A DNA stretch of 64,000 nt from a virus. Below, one piece after another: positions 36,812-46,014 of the stretch. Made by a program: the position numbers and the translations under genes. The notes under the pieces were generated by a model, which did not search any database, had not been told where the DNA came from, and saw nothing but the letters and a program-made list of their open reading frames with translations. Position 1 is the stretch's first letter. Each line of letters begins with the position of its first letter. The DNA lies in IMG/VR virus record IMGVR_UViG_3300049979_000188; one strand, written 5' to 3'.

Positions 36812-37870
36812 CTACGCTTGCTCATGGTAAAGAGTATGTAACTCATTAAGTGTATGCCCCGTGAGGGCTACCGCTTTCGCTTGGAAGAAGGCCCCAGGCT
36901 CTTCCCGTATGTTTACTTGCGGGAACTTCACATCGGGGTGAGCTGACTTCATCCAGTCTCGTAAGAGGCGGTATACCATGCGGTGGTTACCCGTGCGCAG
37001 CTGACTTTCGAGCTGGGTGGAAAGATACTGCGCCGCGCGAAAACCGCGTAGCTCATCCTCCAGGGCGTCTAGTCGCGCTACGACATCCTCGTTATGGGGA
37101 AGCTGCAGAAAACGACGGATGCGGCCGGCTAATTCGTCATCTTCCCCGCTTCGGCCATGTCCGGTTACGGTTACCTTCACCCCAGTATTATACGGCGTAA
37201 CTACCCCGTCCTTCTGGCTCGTTCCCTGGGCGTGGAGCGTGCTACCCGCCTGACGCCAGGCCGTTTCTGGTTGGGTTAGGGGTTGCACCAAGATGCTGGC
37301 GAATACGGCGCCTTGTACCTCATCGGTGAGTCCGAGCAAAATGGGCGTGAAATAGTAGTTCTCCACGTCTTCCAGAATAGCCCCCACCTGGTAGCCTTCT
37401 TTCTCAACGTTACTGGCCACCACCCGCCAGTTGTAGCGGTTGACCCCGTTACGGCTTACCAGCTCACAGTCTACTGACTCGTTGTAGCCCAGGCCGGGTG
37501 AGCCGCGGAAGACCACATCAGCATAGACGCAGCTGAGTTCGCCACGACCAGCATACGGGCTACCAGGGGGTAGAAATACCCCTTCCAGGCTCCCCGGTAC
37601 CCGGGCCTCGGTTTGGCGAACAACGAGCTCCGCGCCTTGAAAGATTTGCTTGGTGGTGGTAAGACGCTGAAGCTCTCCACCTTCGTAGCCGAGGCGGACA
37701 AGACCGGCCAGGGAGTCGGCGTTGCCGTCGTAATAGAGTAGCCGATGCTGCAGGTCTTTGTTAACGCAGGTGGCCACAAACCAGCCCGTATTGTAGTCAA
37801 TGGGAAACCCCGGGAGCGTAACATAGTACGCCCCGCTCGGGTGCTTACGCAAATGAGCGAAAAATTTCAT
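36812..37870 (-). CDS. hypothetical protein
   Basis: 352-aa ORF. Confidence 0.7.
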   Translation of the reverse strand: MKFFAHLRKHPSGAYYVTLPGFPIDYNTGWFVATCVNKDLQHRLLYYDGNADSLAGLVRLGYEGGELQRLTTTKQIFQGAELVVRQTEARVPGSLEGVFLPPGSPYAGRGELSCVYADVVFRGSPGLGYNESVDCELVSRNGVNRYNWRVVASNVEKEGYQVGAILEDVENYYFTPILLGLTDEVQGAVFASILVQPLTQPETAWRQAGSTLHAQGTSQKDGVVTPYNTGVKVTVTGHGRSGEDDELAGRIRRFLQLPHNEDVVARLDALEDELRGFRAAQYLSTQLESQLRTGNHRMVYRLLRDWMKSAHPDVKFPQVNIREEPGAFFQAKAVALTGHTLNELHTLYHEQA

Positions 37871-37884
37871 GGGTTACTACAACG

Positions 37885-38175
37885 TTAACGAAGCGTAGAA
37901 AGTAAAAAATGATGGGGGTTCCACTGGTGAACCAAGCCGGGTAGCTGGCGCCGGTCAACCTGGATGAGCATCTTAGCCTGGCGACTACTGGTGGGTGGCA
38001 CAAAGAAGCGTACACCCATTTGCTCCAACGTATAGTGCCCGTAGGCCAGTTGCTGCATGCGCTGAGTGAGGGCAATGAGGGGTGCCGTTTTAGCTTCCTC
38101 AGCAAAGAGTGCGGCGTTGGTGCGGGCGGCCAGTAGGAAAAGCCGGTGAGCGGCGCGGCGATGACGAGCTTTCAT
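37885..38175 (-). CDS. hypothetical protein
   Basis: Follows promoter motif 38180-38209. Confidence 0.5.
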   Translation of the reverse strand: MKARHRRAAHRLFLLAARTNAALFAEEAKTAPLIALTQRMQQLAYGHYTLEQMGVRFFVPPTSSRQAKMLIQVDRRQLPGLVHQWNPHHFLLSTLR

Positions 38176-38179
38176 GGCT

Positions 38180-38209
38180 AGTTTACGCAAGGCCATAGGC
38201 CCGCGTTAC
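38180..38209 (-). promoter_or_regulatory. promoter motif GTAAC-N17-CGTAAACT
   Basis: -35 overlaps TAA of DUF4326 gene. Confidence 0.8.
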
Positions 38210-38913
38210 TGCCCAACCGGCGTGGCCAATAGGCGCGCATCTACCTGCCCCATACGTAAGCCTTGGTTGAGGTGAGGCATCCCCAGGACGAGCTCGCGGT
38301 GAAGCTTAAGCAGGATGTGCACGTGGCAGACTTTCTGCGCCCGGTTTGGGTCGTCGTGCACGCACCAGCACGCCAGGCGCTTGCCCGTTAACTCGGGCAA
38401 GGCCGCCACCAGATGGGGCGTACCGCGCACATATTGCTCGTAGGCAGCCAGCACGGCCGGCCGGTCAGCTTCGCGCTTGAGCGGAAAAGGATTCGCCCAC
38501 ATACTGGCGGTTAGGCCCCGGTGCTCATTGGCCCGGCCCATGTAGAGGTCATAGCGCGCGTGGGGCGTGCGTTTGAGGTTTAGCAGGGTGACATAGGGAT
38601 AAGCCGGATTCTGAGCGGCTAACTCACGGGCCACAAACCAGCTCTCAAACCGGCACTCCGCTACCGGGTAAAGTCCGCCTTGTCGGCCTCGAACAAACAG
38701 GGTAAGAGATTCGGGTTCGTAGAGGCTGGTTAACCGCTCACCGGGTAAACGATTCGTAATATTGCCCATTAGGGCGAAATCAGCCACCACGTCCGTAATA
38801 GCTTCCTGCTCTTGGGCTAACCAGGTAAAGGGCATTCCGTGGTAGTACCGGGCCAGCTTACTAAGCTCCATACACAAAGTCACGTAGTTGCCCGCCCTTG
38901 GCCCGGAAGTCAC
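38206..38913 (-). CDS. DUF4326 domain protein
   Basis: DLYMGR...SMWANPF......AYEQYV......LPELTGKRLACWC...CHVHIL. Confidence 0.85.
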   Translation of the reverse strand: MTSGPRAGNYVTLCMELSKLARYYHGMPFTWLAQEQEAITDVVADFALMGNITNRLPGERLTSLYEPESLTLFVRGRQGGLYPVAECRFESWFVARELAAQNPAYPYVTLLNLKRTPHARYDLYMGRANEHRGLTASMWANPFPLKREADRPAVLAAYEQYVRGTPHLVAALPELTGKRLACWCVHDDPNRAQKVCHVHILLKLHRELVLGMPHLNQGLRMGQVDARLLATPVGQ

Positions 38914-39262
38914 GCACCAGGCTTACCACCTTACGGCCGGCATCAGTAATCGAGACAAAGGGGTTTACCTCGGTACCCAGGTTCTTTACCCAGTCAATGT
39001 CTTCCAGGTCTTCGAGTACGTCGAGGTCGTCGTGGTTGGGGTCGGGAATGGCACTGCCCTGGTACTGCGTACCATAGGTTGGCTTCCAGGTGGAGTAGCC
39101 CGTACCCAGGCCATTGCCAAAGCCACGCTTATCGGCATTGATACGCAAGCGCTTATCGTCGACAACCCCTTTTTTATCAACGGCACAGCTCTCCAGGTAG
39201 AGCAGCAAACTGTAGTGGTCACGGCCCCAGGTTTTGGTGCCAACGCGTTCGAGCTTATTCAT
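38861..39262 (-). CDS. hypothetical protein
   Basis: WGRDHYSLLLYLE...HDDLD.LEDL; compact ORF. Confidence 0.6.
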   Translation of the reverse strand: MNKLERVGTKTWGRDHYSLLLYLESCAVDKKGVVDDKRLRINADKRGFGNGLGTGYSTWKPTYGTQYQGSAIPDPNHDDLDVLEDLEDIDWVKNLGTEVNPFVSITDAGRKVVSLVRDFRAKGGQLRDFVYGA

Positions 39263-39276
39263 GTGAAAAGTAAGGT

Positions 39277-39522
39277 TTACGGCTGGGATGTTACCGCCGC
39301 CATGGTAATGGTTATGCGCAGCTCCGAACCTTGCCCGATAGTCATCACGCAGGGAAGAGCCGCGGTCGAAGTAGCCGGTTCACGGAGCAACTGGGCTTGA
39401 GCCGCCTCGGCCTTGTCGAGGTTAACCACCAGGTCAGCAAAAAAGGCGATGCAGGCAAACGCCACCAGCACCACCAGCAGGAAGTAGACTACCTCCTTGT
39501 ACTCAGACAAGAACTTACGCAT
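39277..39522 (-). CDS. small membrane protein
   Basis: One TM segment; start refined. Confidence 0.45.
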   Translation of the reverse strand: MRKFLSEYKEVVYFLLVVLVAFACIAFFADLVVNLDKAEAAQAQLLREPATSTAALPCVMTIGQGSELRITITMAAVTSQP

Positions 39523-39817
39523 TCGTCTGCTCGTTAACAACATCACGTGGGTCAACAAAGCTGTCGCGCAGCACCACAAACGCCTGGTGCAGGCGCTTGA
39601 GCCGGGCTACTACCTCCGGACTCCAGCTGTGCTTGAGGGCGAGCTCCTGCATGGCCGATTCCTCGGGAGCATCAGGGTCATCGTAGTCGCTCCAGCCCAT
39701 CACAATGCCGTAGAGCCAGGCATCACGCCGATTAGCGCCCATGTCGCGCGAGGTGAAGGCACAAATGTTTTCCAGCGCAATAAGCGGGTTCTCGGGAAGC
39801 TGGTACGGGTTATGCAT
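39515..39817 (-). CDS. conserved phage hypothetical protein
   Basis: RDMGANRRDAWLYGIVMGW pattern. Confidence 0.6.
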   Translation of the reverse strand: MHNPYQLPENPLIALENICAFTSRDMGANRRDAWLYGIVMGWSDYDDPDAPEESAMQELALKHSWSPEVVARLKRLHQAFVVLRDSFVDPRDVVNEQTNA

Positions 39818-40658
39818 CGAGGGTTACTTTACGGTAGGTAAGGGAAATACGCGGCCCCACGTCCCCTTTCTGGGGAAGTATGGCGTGGAGGTAGTTTTGC
39901 TGGCACGCGGCGTTCATCATCAGCACGTCGCCGTTCTCCAGCTTCAAGTCGATGCGCTCACCCGACTCTTTCTCCCGAAAACTGAAGGTACGCGTAGCCC
40001 CCAGGTTAACCGTGGCAATGACCGGGGCTGGGCCTAGCTGGGCTTCCTTATCCGAATGCCAGCCAATGGTTTGCTTACCATTTATATAAAGGTTGAGCAG
40101 TACGGAGTTATACCCAAAAGCCGTCGACTCGAATTGCTCCAGCTGCTGGCGAATGCCCGTTAGTACGGGCGTAAAGCCTTGACTGGGCAATTCCAAATCG
40201 GCGTATTGGTAAACGCCTTTATCGAAGGCCGGGTCCACGGCATAGGCCATCGCCCGCTTGATGTGCCGCAGCTGTCCTTGCTTGTCGGTCAGCGTGCTGT
40301 ACCAGGTAATATCCTGGGCCGTCTTGGGGTTGCTGCCACGCAAGGCCTCGAAATAAGTCTGGGCCAGCTCGGGCGCAAAGAACCCGGGCAAGTGCAGAAA
40401 ATCCGGTGATTGACCAGCCCGCGTTGCGTTGTAAACCAGCGCGTCGCGCCGCGCATACTCGGTAATGGCGCCCACTTCCCAGCTCATGGCTTCCAGATTA
40501 ACCGCTCCGGGACGAGTCGGATAATCAGAGAAAACCTGCCCTTCTGTGTCACTATTAAGCCGGCCATCCAAATACCAGGTAGTGCCGTCGTGCAGGGCCG
40601 CCGCAATAGTACCTCCGTCACGGTAACGGGTAATACTCTTAATATCGGTAATATTCAT
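39810..40658 (-). CDS. AlkB-family 2OG-Fe(II) dioxygenase with extra N-terminal domain
   Basis: NSVLLNLY..G...IGWHSDKE, IATVNLGATRTF.FR, LHAI, RISLTYR. Confidence 0.9.
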   Translation of the reverse strand: MNITDIKSITRYRDGGTIAAALHDGTTWYLDGRLNSDTEGQVFSDYPTRPGAVNLEAMSWEVGAITEYARRDALVYNATRAGQSPDFLHLPGFFAPELAQTYFEALRGSNPKTAQDITWYSTLTDKQGQLRHIKRAMAYAVDPAFDKGVYQYADLELPSQGFTPVLTGIRQQLEQFESTAFGYNSVLLNLYINGKQTIGWHSDKEAQLGPAPVIATVNLGATRTFSFREKESGERIDLKLENGDVLMMNAACQQNYLHAILPQKGDVGPRISLTYRKVTLDA

Positions 40659-40668
40659 TGACTTTTAG

Positions 40669-40944
40669 TTAAAACCCGTTGCTCAGGTTTCGGATGCGTT
40701 GCGCCGTTTTAGCCGCACTCACCAGGGCAGCTTCCTGCATGGCCCGGCGTATTTCCCCGTCGGGGTCACTCACGATGTGGGGGCCGCTCAGGTCTGCATC
40801 GTTGTCATTTTCCAGGTAAAGTGTACCGTGGCTAGGGCTGCCTAGTCGCCGGTCCAGGTAGAGGCTGGTGCCGTTGCGCAGATACGCCCGGATGCTGCCG
40901 CCGTCCTTGTAGGCATGGGCCTCGATGATGTCGTTACTGTTCAT
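40669..40944 (-). CDS. Stand-alone paralog of the N-terminal domain of the AlkB protein
   Basis: AYKDGGSI.A.L.NGTSLYLDRRLGS versus RYRDGGTI.A.L.DGTTWYLDGRLNS. Confidence 0.7.
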   Translation of the reverse strand: MNSNDIIEAHAYKDGGSIRAYLRNGTSLYLDRRLGSPSHGTLYLENDNDADLSGPHIVSDPDGEIRRAMQEAALVSAAKTAQRIRNLSNGF

Positions 40945-41506
40945 GCGCGTCTTGCTCGAAAATGGCGCGCAGGGCCTGGTGAGCTTTTGCTTCCTGCGCG
41001 ATATAACAGTCTACGATGTTTTTAGCCACGGCGTTACCTGGGTCAGTCAGCGCATCCCTGAGGCGAAATTTATAGTAACATCCTTCGCTGTCAAAGAGCA
41101 ACCCACGCGTTTTAGAGACGGGTTTTATGTTCACGTAATACTCTGACTTATCGGCCAGTAGCCCTAGTATTACAGTATCTCTGTAGAGGTTTGCCCGCAC
41201 AACGGGCACATCCGCCTTAAGAAAGACCGGCAGGTCCTGGTCGCGGTGTGAGGCGTAGGGATGTGCCGACTTCCACAGCTCGCGCGCTACCTCAGCCCCG
41301 GCTTCAACTGGTAAGAGCTCTTCACAAGAGGCACTGTAGACGGCGGCTTGTGCACTGGTACGTGGCCCGGGACCGGGACTGCGATAGAGGCGCCCCATTA
41401 GGGGGCTCTTCGGGTTCAAGTCCAAGACAACTACCGTCTGGTCATGCCGCACGGCATAGACGAGCTTCTCGGGTTCATTACGCACTACTAAGGCAAAAGG
41501 TATCAT
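40934..41506 (-). CDS. hypothetical protein
   Basis: ORF tiles the gene run. Confidence 0.55.
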   Translation of the reverse strand: MIPFALVVRNEPEKLVYAVRHDQTVVVLDLNPKSPLMGRLYRSPGPGPRTSAQAAVYSASCEELLPVEAGAEVARELWKSAHPYASHRDQDLPVFLKADVPVVRANLYRDTVILGLLADKSEYYVNIKPVSKTRGLLFDSEGCYYKFRLRDALTDPGNAVAKNIVDCYIAQEAKAHQALRAIFEQDAHEQ

Positions 41507-41511
41507 AAAGA

Positions 41512-42063
41512 CTACTGGTAATAAAACGTATCCTCAGGTTGGCGTACCTGAGTATAGGGTAAACATACCCAGGTGCGCTCCCGTCGGCCCAAACCCAGGG
41601 GATAGCGAGCCGGGTCGAGCTGGCTGAGTAAGTCCTTGGCCAAACGCAGCTCACACCAGGCCACGATGCGCCGGGTGGTCAGCTCGTAGAGAAAATACCG
41701 CGTGCTCACTACCCCGGTCCTGGGCCAGGGTTCCGGCAACCGCCGATTATGCAAAAAGCTGCGCGCAGCCGCTAGCTGAGCCTCCTCATAGCTAGCCTGG
41801 TGCCCCCCGCTAGCGGAGTCGACAACCCGGTAGTTGCGGGCCCGTTTCAAGTACGACCACTCGTAAGTCGTATATTCGAGTTGAGGCGGAATGATGTGAG
41901 GCAACCCAGTGAGCCCCTGAATGCGAATGGGGTCACTGTAGCGCGAATGCGAGGTAATTTGGAACCGGTAACCGCAGTAGCGGCTGGCCCAGCGCAACCA
42001 CACTTGTGGGCGGGCCCTACGCCCGCCAGCCTCCAGGTACGGCGCGTTCTTGAACATCGACAA
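41512..42063 (-). CDS. hypothetical protein
   Basis: ORF tiles the gene run. Confidence 0.5.
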   Translation of the reverse strand: MSMFKNAPYLEAGGRRARPQVWLRWASRYCGYRFQITSHSRYSDPIRIQGLTGLPHIIPPQLEYTTYEWSYLKRARNYRVVDSASGGHQASYEEAQLAAARSFLHNRRLPEPWPRTGVVSTRYFLYELTTRRIVAWCELRLAKDLLSQLDPARYPLGLGRRERTWVCLPYTQVRQPEDTFYYQ

Positions 42064-42982
42064 AGTGAGCCGGATTACCGACCTGGTATTTGTGGGCGTT
42101 TATGTTGTGCAACAGTTCCATAGCCTGCAGGTAGCGGTTGAACGTTGCCTGACTTTCGGCCCCAAGCTCGGTGGTGTAGGCCTCCACGCTGCCAAAGTTA
42201 AGCTCGTGGGCGTAGTCAAAGCCGGCCGTGCGCATCTGCAGGTAGAGCTCAACGGCCCAGTAAGGGGCGCCAATCATTTGCTCATCGTCGCGCTCGTCCC
42301 ACACGTCGCCTTGCGGGGTGGCTTCCATAATACGGGTAGGCACGCCTAAGTAAGCGCCTACCTGATAGACTTCACTCTTGTGCAAATCGCCGATAAACTG
42401 CAAGTCAACCATGGCGTCGGAGGCCTTGCCAAAGAAGCCCAGGTAAGCCCCCTCATCCCGGTTGGTCGTGCCGGCTACCAGGGAGCGAAACCCCTCCGTC
42501 TGCAGAATAGCCGCCTGGAAGTAAAACATGGGGGTACGCAACACGGAGGCCATCTGCCCGTTGGCCCAGGCCTGGTGACGATAGGTTTGGCCGACCCCAT
42601 TGACCATCGCCTCGTAGGCGGTAGCCAAGTTGATGGAGTCGTACGTGATAACGCTACCGTTGCGGTGGCGAATGTGCTCGACCACTTCGCGGGCCTTGTT
42701 ACTAGCCTCGGCCTGGCCACTAACCCCGCTCACTCCGTACATGGGTAAGCCCATCGCCGCAATGCGCTTAATGGGCGAGTCAGGTTGACGCGCGGCCGCA
42801 TCGAGCAGGTAAAGCGCAACTGCCGAATCAATGCCCCCGGAAATGCCCAGCACTACCGCATCGAGCGCCTGGGTACGGAAGAAGTTATTGAGGGCCCGTA
42901 GCTTGGCGGCCACGTAGCTTTCGACCTCGAAGCCGCGGGTCTTTTTGAAGCGGGAAATCAGGGCTTGCAAGTCAGCACGCAT
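42017..42982 (-). CDS. nadE: NH3-dependent NAD+ synthetase
   Basis: VLGISGGIDSAV (PP-loop), GTTNRDEG..LGFFGKASD..VDLQFIGDLHKSEVY..G..LGVP; no glutaminase domain. Confidence 0.85.
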   Translation of the reverse strand: MRADLQALISRFKKTRGFEVESYVAAKLRALNNFFRTQALDAVVLGISGGIDSAVALYLLDAAARQPDSPIKRIAAMGLPMYGVSGVSGQAEASNKAREVVEHIRHRNGSVITYDSINLATAYEAMVNGVGQTYRHQAWANGQMASVLRTPMFYFQAAILQTEGFRSLVAGTTNRDEGAYLGFFGKASDAMVDLQFIGDLHKSEVYQVGAYLGVPTRIMEATPQGDVWDERDDEQMIGAPYWAVELYLQMRTAGFDYAHELNFGSVEAYTTELGAESQATFNRYLQAMELLHNINAHKYQVGNPAHFVDVQERAVPGGWRA

Positions 42983-42987
42983 AAGGC

Positions 42988-43671
42988 TTAATCAAGGGGG
43001 ATAAAAGGAGAGGGAACTATGCTATGGCTCAGGCCGTCTTTGCCACTGTACTCGGTCGTAACAGTGTAGATTTTTTCACTTTCGGCCGCGGCCACGACCT
43101 CGTCCCAGCTTAGCTCAACCAGCGAGTCGGGAACGACGCCTTTACCAGGCTCAAACTCGTAGCACCAGTAATGGCGGTACTCGGCCTTATACTGGTGCAT
43201 CGCGTGGTGACTCTGATAGAGCTGGCGGGCGTAGCGATAGGTGCCATGGTTGTAGAAGGGATGAAAACCCGCTTCGAGCTGACCTGGCCACTGCGCACCA
43301 TAGCCGTACCACGTTTGCGTGTTGGAACGAGCTGCCACGGGCGGTAGGCCCAGCGGTAGAAACCCAAGACGCTGCAGCTCCAGGAAAATACTAAGCTGAT
43401 TGAGGGCTTCCTTCAGTACGGCGGTCCCCCCGTGCTCGGGGTAGTAGACAAAGCGCTGTAGCTGGTAATCCGAGTTGAGTTGAACGTGCTCCTGGTAGGG
43501 CTCACGGTGAGGCAGCTTGCGCAAGCTGGTGTAAGGCAGACACGTGCGCAGCGTCACAAACGTGCTGTCCGTCTTGACCAGTTCAAAGGGCAGGCCATAG
43601 CCCAGGGCCTGCCCCAAAATACGCTGTATTTCAGCTTTAGGCAAGTCGACAAATTCTTGGAAGGGTCTCAT
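42988..43671 (-). CDS. hypothetical protein
   Basis: Follows promoter motif 43676-43705. Confidence 0.6.
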   Translation of the reverse strand: MRPFQEFVDLPKAEIQRILGQALGYGLPFELVKTDSTFVTLRTCLPYTSLRKLPHREPYQEHVQLNSDYQLQRFVYYPEHGGTAVLKEALNQLSIFLELQRLGFLPLGLPPVAARSNTQTWYGYGAQWPGQLEAGFHPFYNHGTYRYARQLYQSHHAMHQYKAEYRHYWCYEFEPGKGVVPDSLVELSWDEVVAAAESEKIYTVTTEYSGKDGLSHSIVPSPFIPLD

Positions 43672-43675
43672 GCCA

Positions 43676-43705
43676 AGTATACGCTTAACCTGGGCTATCC
43701 GTTAC
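43676..43705 (-). promoter_or_regulatory. promoter motif GTAAC-N17-CGTATACT
   Basis: At gene junction upstream of the nadE unit. Confidence 0.75.
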
Positions 43706-43987
43706 CAGGCGTCCCCACCCCAGTTCGTCGAGCTGACGCAGCAAGTCAGCAGCATCCGTAAAGCTAAAGCCCGCGTACGGGTAAGGACCTTGCTCCGGGT
43801 AATTGGAAAGGGGCTGCTTAAGCACGGCTACCCCGGATGCCCAAAGCTCCAGCTCGCGCTTCTCGGGGCTAATAGATTCGCCTTCCCAGCGAAAGCCGCC
43901 TGGCCAACCCGCGCCACTGAGCAAGTCTACTCCCCGGGCCTGCAGTTCCTGCTGCAGCATACTATCGACAAAAAAAGAACGTGTCAT
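43685..43987 (-). CDS. hypothetical protein
   Basis: ORF tiles the gene run. Confidence 0.5.
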   Translation of the reverse strand: MTRSFFVDSMLQQELQARGVDLLSGAGWPGGFRWEGESISPEKRELELWASGVAVLKQPLSNYPEQGPYPYAGFSFTDAADLLRQLDELGWGRLVTDSPG

Positions 43988-43993
43988 TTTAGG

Positions 43994-45550
43994 TTAGTTT
44001 TCAGGTTGAAGAGCTTGTAAACGGGTTAGTTCTGCGAGGGCTTGTGTATGAAAGGCAGGGTCCGTATCAGCGTGATACGCCACGTTGGCTTGCCAAACCG
44101 CGAGTGAAAAAGCCATCGGCTCGCTAATTGACGCCCGGTAATAGGGGCAAACGTAGGGGTAGACGTAGGGAACCCGGGTGCGCACCTTGACGGAGTCCAT
44201 ATCGCCCTTTTCCACGACGAGTCCCCCAAAGGGGGCCCCCAGGATAAAGTCACGCGCATCGAGTACTTCCGTATCGGAACCTGATTCAACCAGGGCCCAA
44301 GTCTTGCCGATGGTGACGCCACCCTTCGCCAGGGCCTCGGTGACGAACCGGAAGGTCGCCCCGCCTTGCACATCGTCATCAAATAAGTCGTAGCTACCGG
44401 GGGGAATCTGCGCGCCCCAGCGCACGTACTCTTCGACCGTGCAGGTAGCGTGCATTTCAGGTCGCACCCCGAAGCTAAGAAAGCGCAGGCCAAAGGTATC
44501 GTAGACCCGGCTTACGGCAAAGACATGGTCCGCCTTATTAGGTGGGTCACTTCTCACGTAAGGGTCCAGGCTAATGAGGGGTTCGCGGCGTCCGTACAGG
44601 GGCCCAAAAGGGGAAGGGTGGTCTACGCTGGGACGACGGCGACGCGCAAAGTCGAGTTGCTGCTCCTGCAGTCGCACTACCTGAACTTCGTCAAAGTAGG
44701 GACGCAGCAGTTCCACGAAGGGCAGCTCCCGCTCCTGCGTTACCCGTACCACAAGCTTGCGCGGGGTAGGTGGGTACGTAAAAGCTTGGCGCAGCTGGGT
44801 GGAAGAAAGACTGCTGGTGTTTACGGCTTCGAGAATCACACTCGGATAGGGGCCGTCGAGTAAGGAGCCTACGTTAGGGCCGTGGTAGTGCTGCTGCAGG
44901 GCCCGCACCTCGGCCATGGCCTGGCCATACATGGCTTCGTAGCCAGGCCGGCTTACCACGACCGCCTGGCCGTGGTGGGCAAAGGCGTTGGCAAAGCGGG
45001 CGTTATCACCGCCACAGACGTAAAAAACGGGTACGTGGTGGCCCGTGCGCAACTGTACGTAGCGTTCGAGTCGCATAACCAACTCCGTAAAATTAAGCGA
45101 GCCCGGGGCAAATACCCCAGCCCAGGGGTCTACATTAAGCCAGGGCTCAAACTTGGTAGCATCGGCCAGCAGGCGAATACGCTGGTGAATGGGCAAGGCT
45201 TGCTCACCGAGCTTGTAGCGGATGTACTCGTCGTGGTCGGGCGCCAGAAAGCCCCCTACGCAGGTATAACCAGCCGCGTTCACCGCATCGCGCGCTACGC
45301 GCATCATTTGCAGGTGACCCTCGTGCACGGGGTTAAACGAGCCCGTCCCCAGTACGATGGCCGGCCGCTTGGCCTGGGCTAACTGCTCGCGTACGTAGCT
45401 CAGGGGGGTGCAGTCCAGCGCCAGGCTTTGCGGAATGTTGAGCGGACTGGCAAGCGAATCAGTAAAGAAGCCAGCCTGCGCAATACCGGCCTCCCCAAGC
45501 TCCCCGACGACGGTGCTAAAGAAAGGGTCCTGGGCGATTTTGTGGTTCAT
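43994..45550 (-). CDS. HxGH nucleotidyltransferase (NadD/NMNAT-like) fused to a type I PRTase-like domain
   Basis: GTGSFNPVHEGH, YVCGGDN...VVVSRPG, SLSSTQLR; C-terminal YDLFDDDVQGGATF resembles the PRPP-binding loop; start refined to MNHKIAQ. Confidence 0.8.
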   Translation of the reverse strand: MNHKIAQDPFFSTVVGELGEAGIAQAGFFTDSLASPLNIPQSLALDCTPLSYVREQLAQAKRPAIVLGTGSFNPVHEGHLQMMRVARDAVNAAGYTCVGGFLAPDHDEYIRYKLGEQALPIHQRIRLLADATKFEPWLNVDPWAGVFAPGSLNFTELVMRLERYVQLRTGHHVPVFYVCGGDNARFANAFAHHGQAVVVSRPGYEAMYGQAMAEVRALQQHYHGPNVGSLLDGPYPSVILEAVNTSSLSSTQLRQAFTYPPTPRKLVVRVTQERELPFVELLRPYFDEVQVVRLQEQQLDFARRRRPSVDHPSPFGPLYGRREPLISLDPYVRSDPPNKADHVFAVSRVYDTFGLRFLSFGVRPEMHATCTVEEYVRWGAQIPPGSYDLFDDDVQGGATFRFVTEALAKGGVTIGKTWALVESGSDTEVLDARDFILGAPFGGLVVEKGDMDSVKVRTRVPYVYPYVCPYYRASISEPMAFSLAVWQANVAYHADTDPAFHTQALAELTRLQALQPEN

Positions 45551-45804
45551 GATGTAGCGAGTAAGCAGGTAAGAAGTAGATGCAGAAACTTGACCACCAG
45601 AAAGTAAGGCCAGAATAAGACAACCACTACCTGACTTATCAGGTAAGATAGTAGCAAGGCCCACTCGGGCGCGGGTAGGGCCAGTTTCTCTACGAAGTGG
45701 GTCCAGAGCGACGTGCGGTACGCCACGTAATGGCAGGCCGGTAAGACGACCAGGGCGTAGTAGAGGCCAGCTACTAGCCAGTAGGTGAACACAGTTGTTA
45801 CCAT
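45547..45804 (-). CDS. small two-TM membrane protein
   Basis: Hydrophobic segments, VVLFWPYFL. Confidence 0.5.
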   Translation of the reverse strand: MVTTVFTYWLVAGLYYALVVLPACHYVAYRTSLWTHFVEKLALPAPEWALLLSYLISQVVVVLFWPYFLVVKFLHLLLTCLLATS

Positions 45805-46007
45805 GCGATGACATTCCCTTCGAGCCACTCGTAAACACTGTCTCGCCAGCCCGTGTCATTCATGCCGTACGCCTGGGCATCGTAGCGCAGGGCAGCGGGG
45901 AGCTGGTCAAAAATACGCTGCAGCTCACGGGGGGAATAGCTATCGCCCGTGGCATCGACCAGTACATCGTGGAAGTGGTCCCAGTCGTTTCTTGTGAATT
46001 CAGCCAT
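45798..46007 (-). CDS. small hypothetical protein
   Basis: ...AQAYGMNDTGWRDSVYEWL; start refined. Confidence 0.5.
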   Translation of the reverse strand: MAEFTRNDWDHFHDVLVDATGDSYSPRELQRIFDQLPAALRYDAQAYGMNDTGWRDSVYEWLEGNVIAW

Positions 46008-46014
46008 AAGGTGC

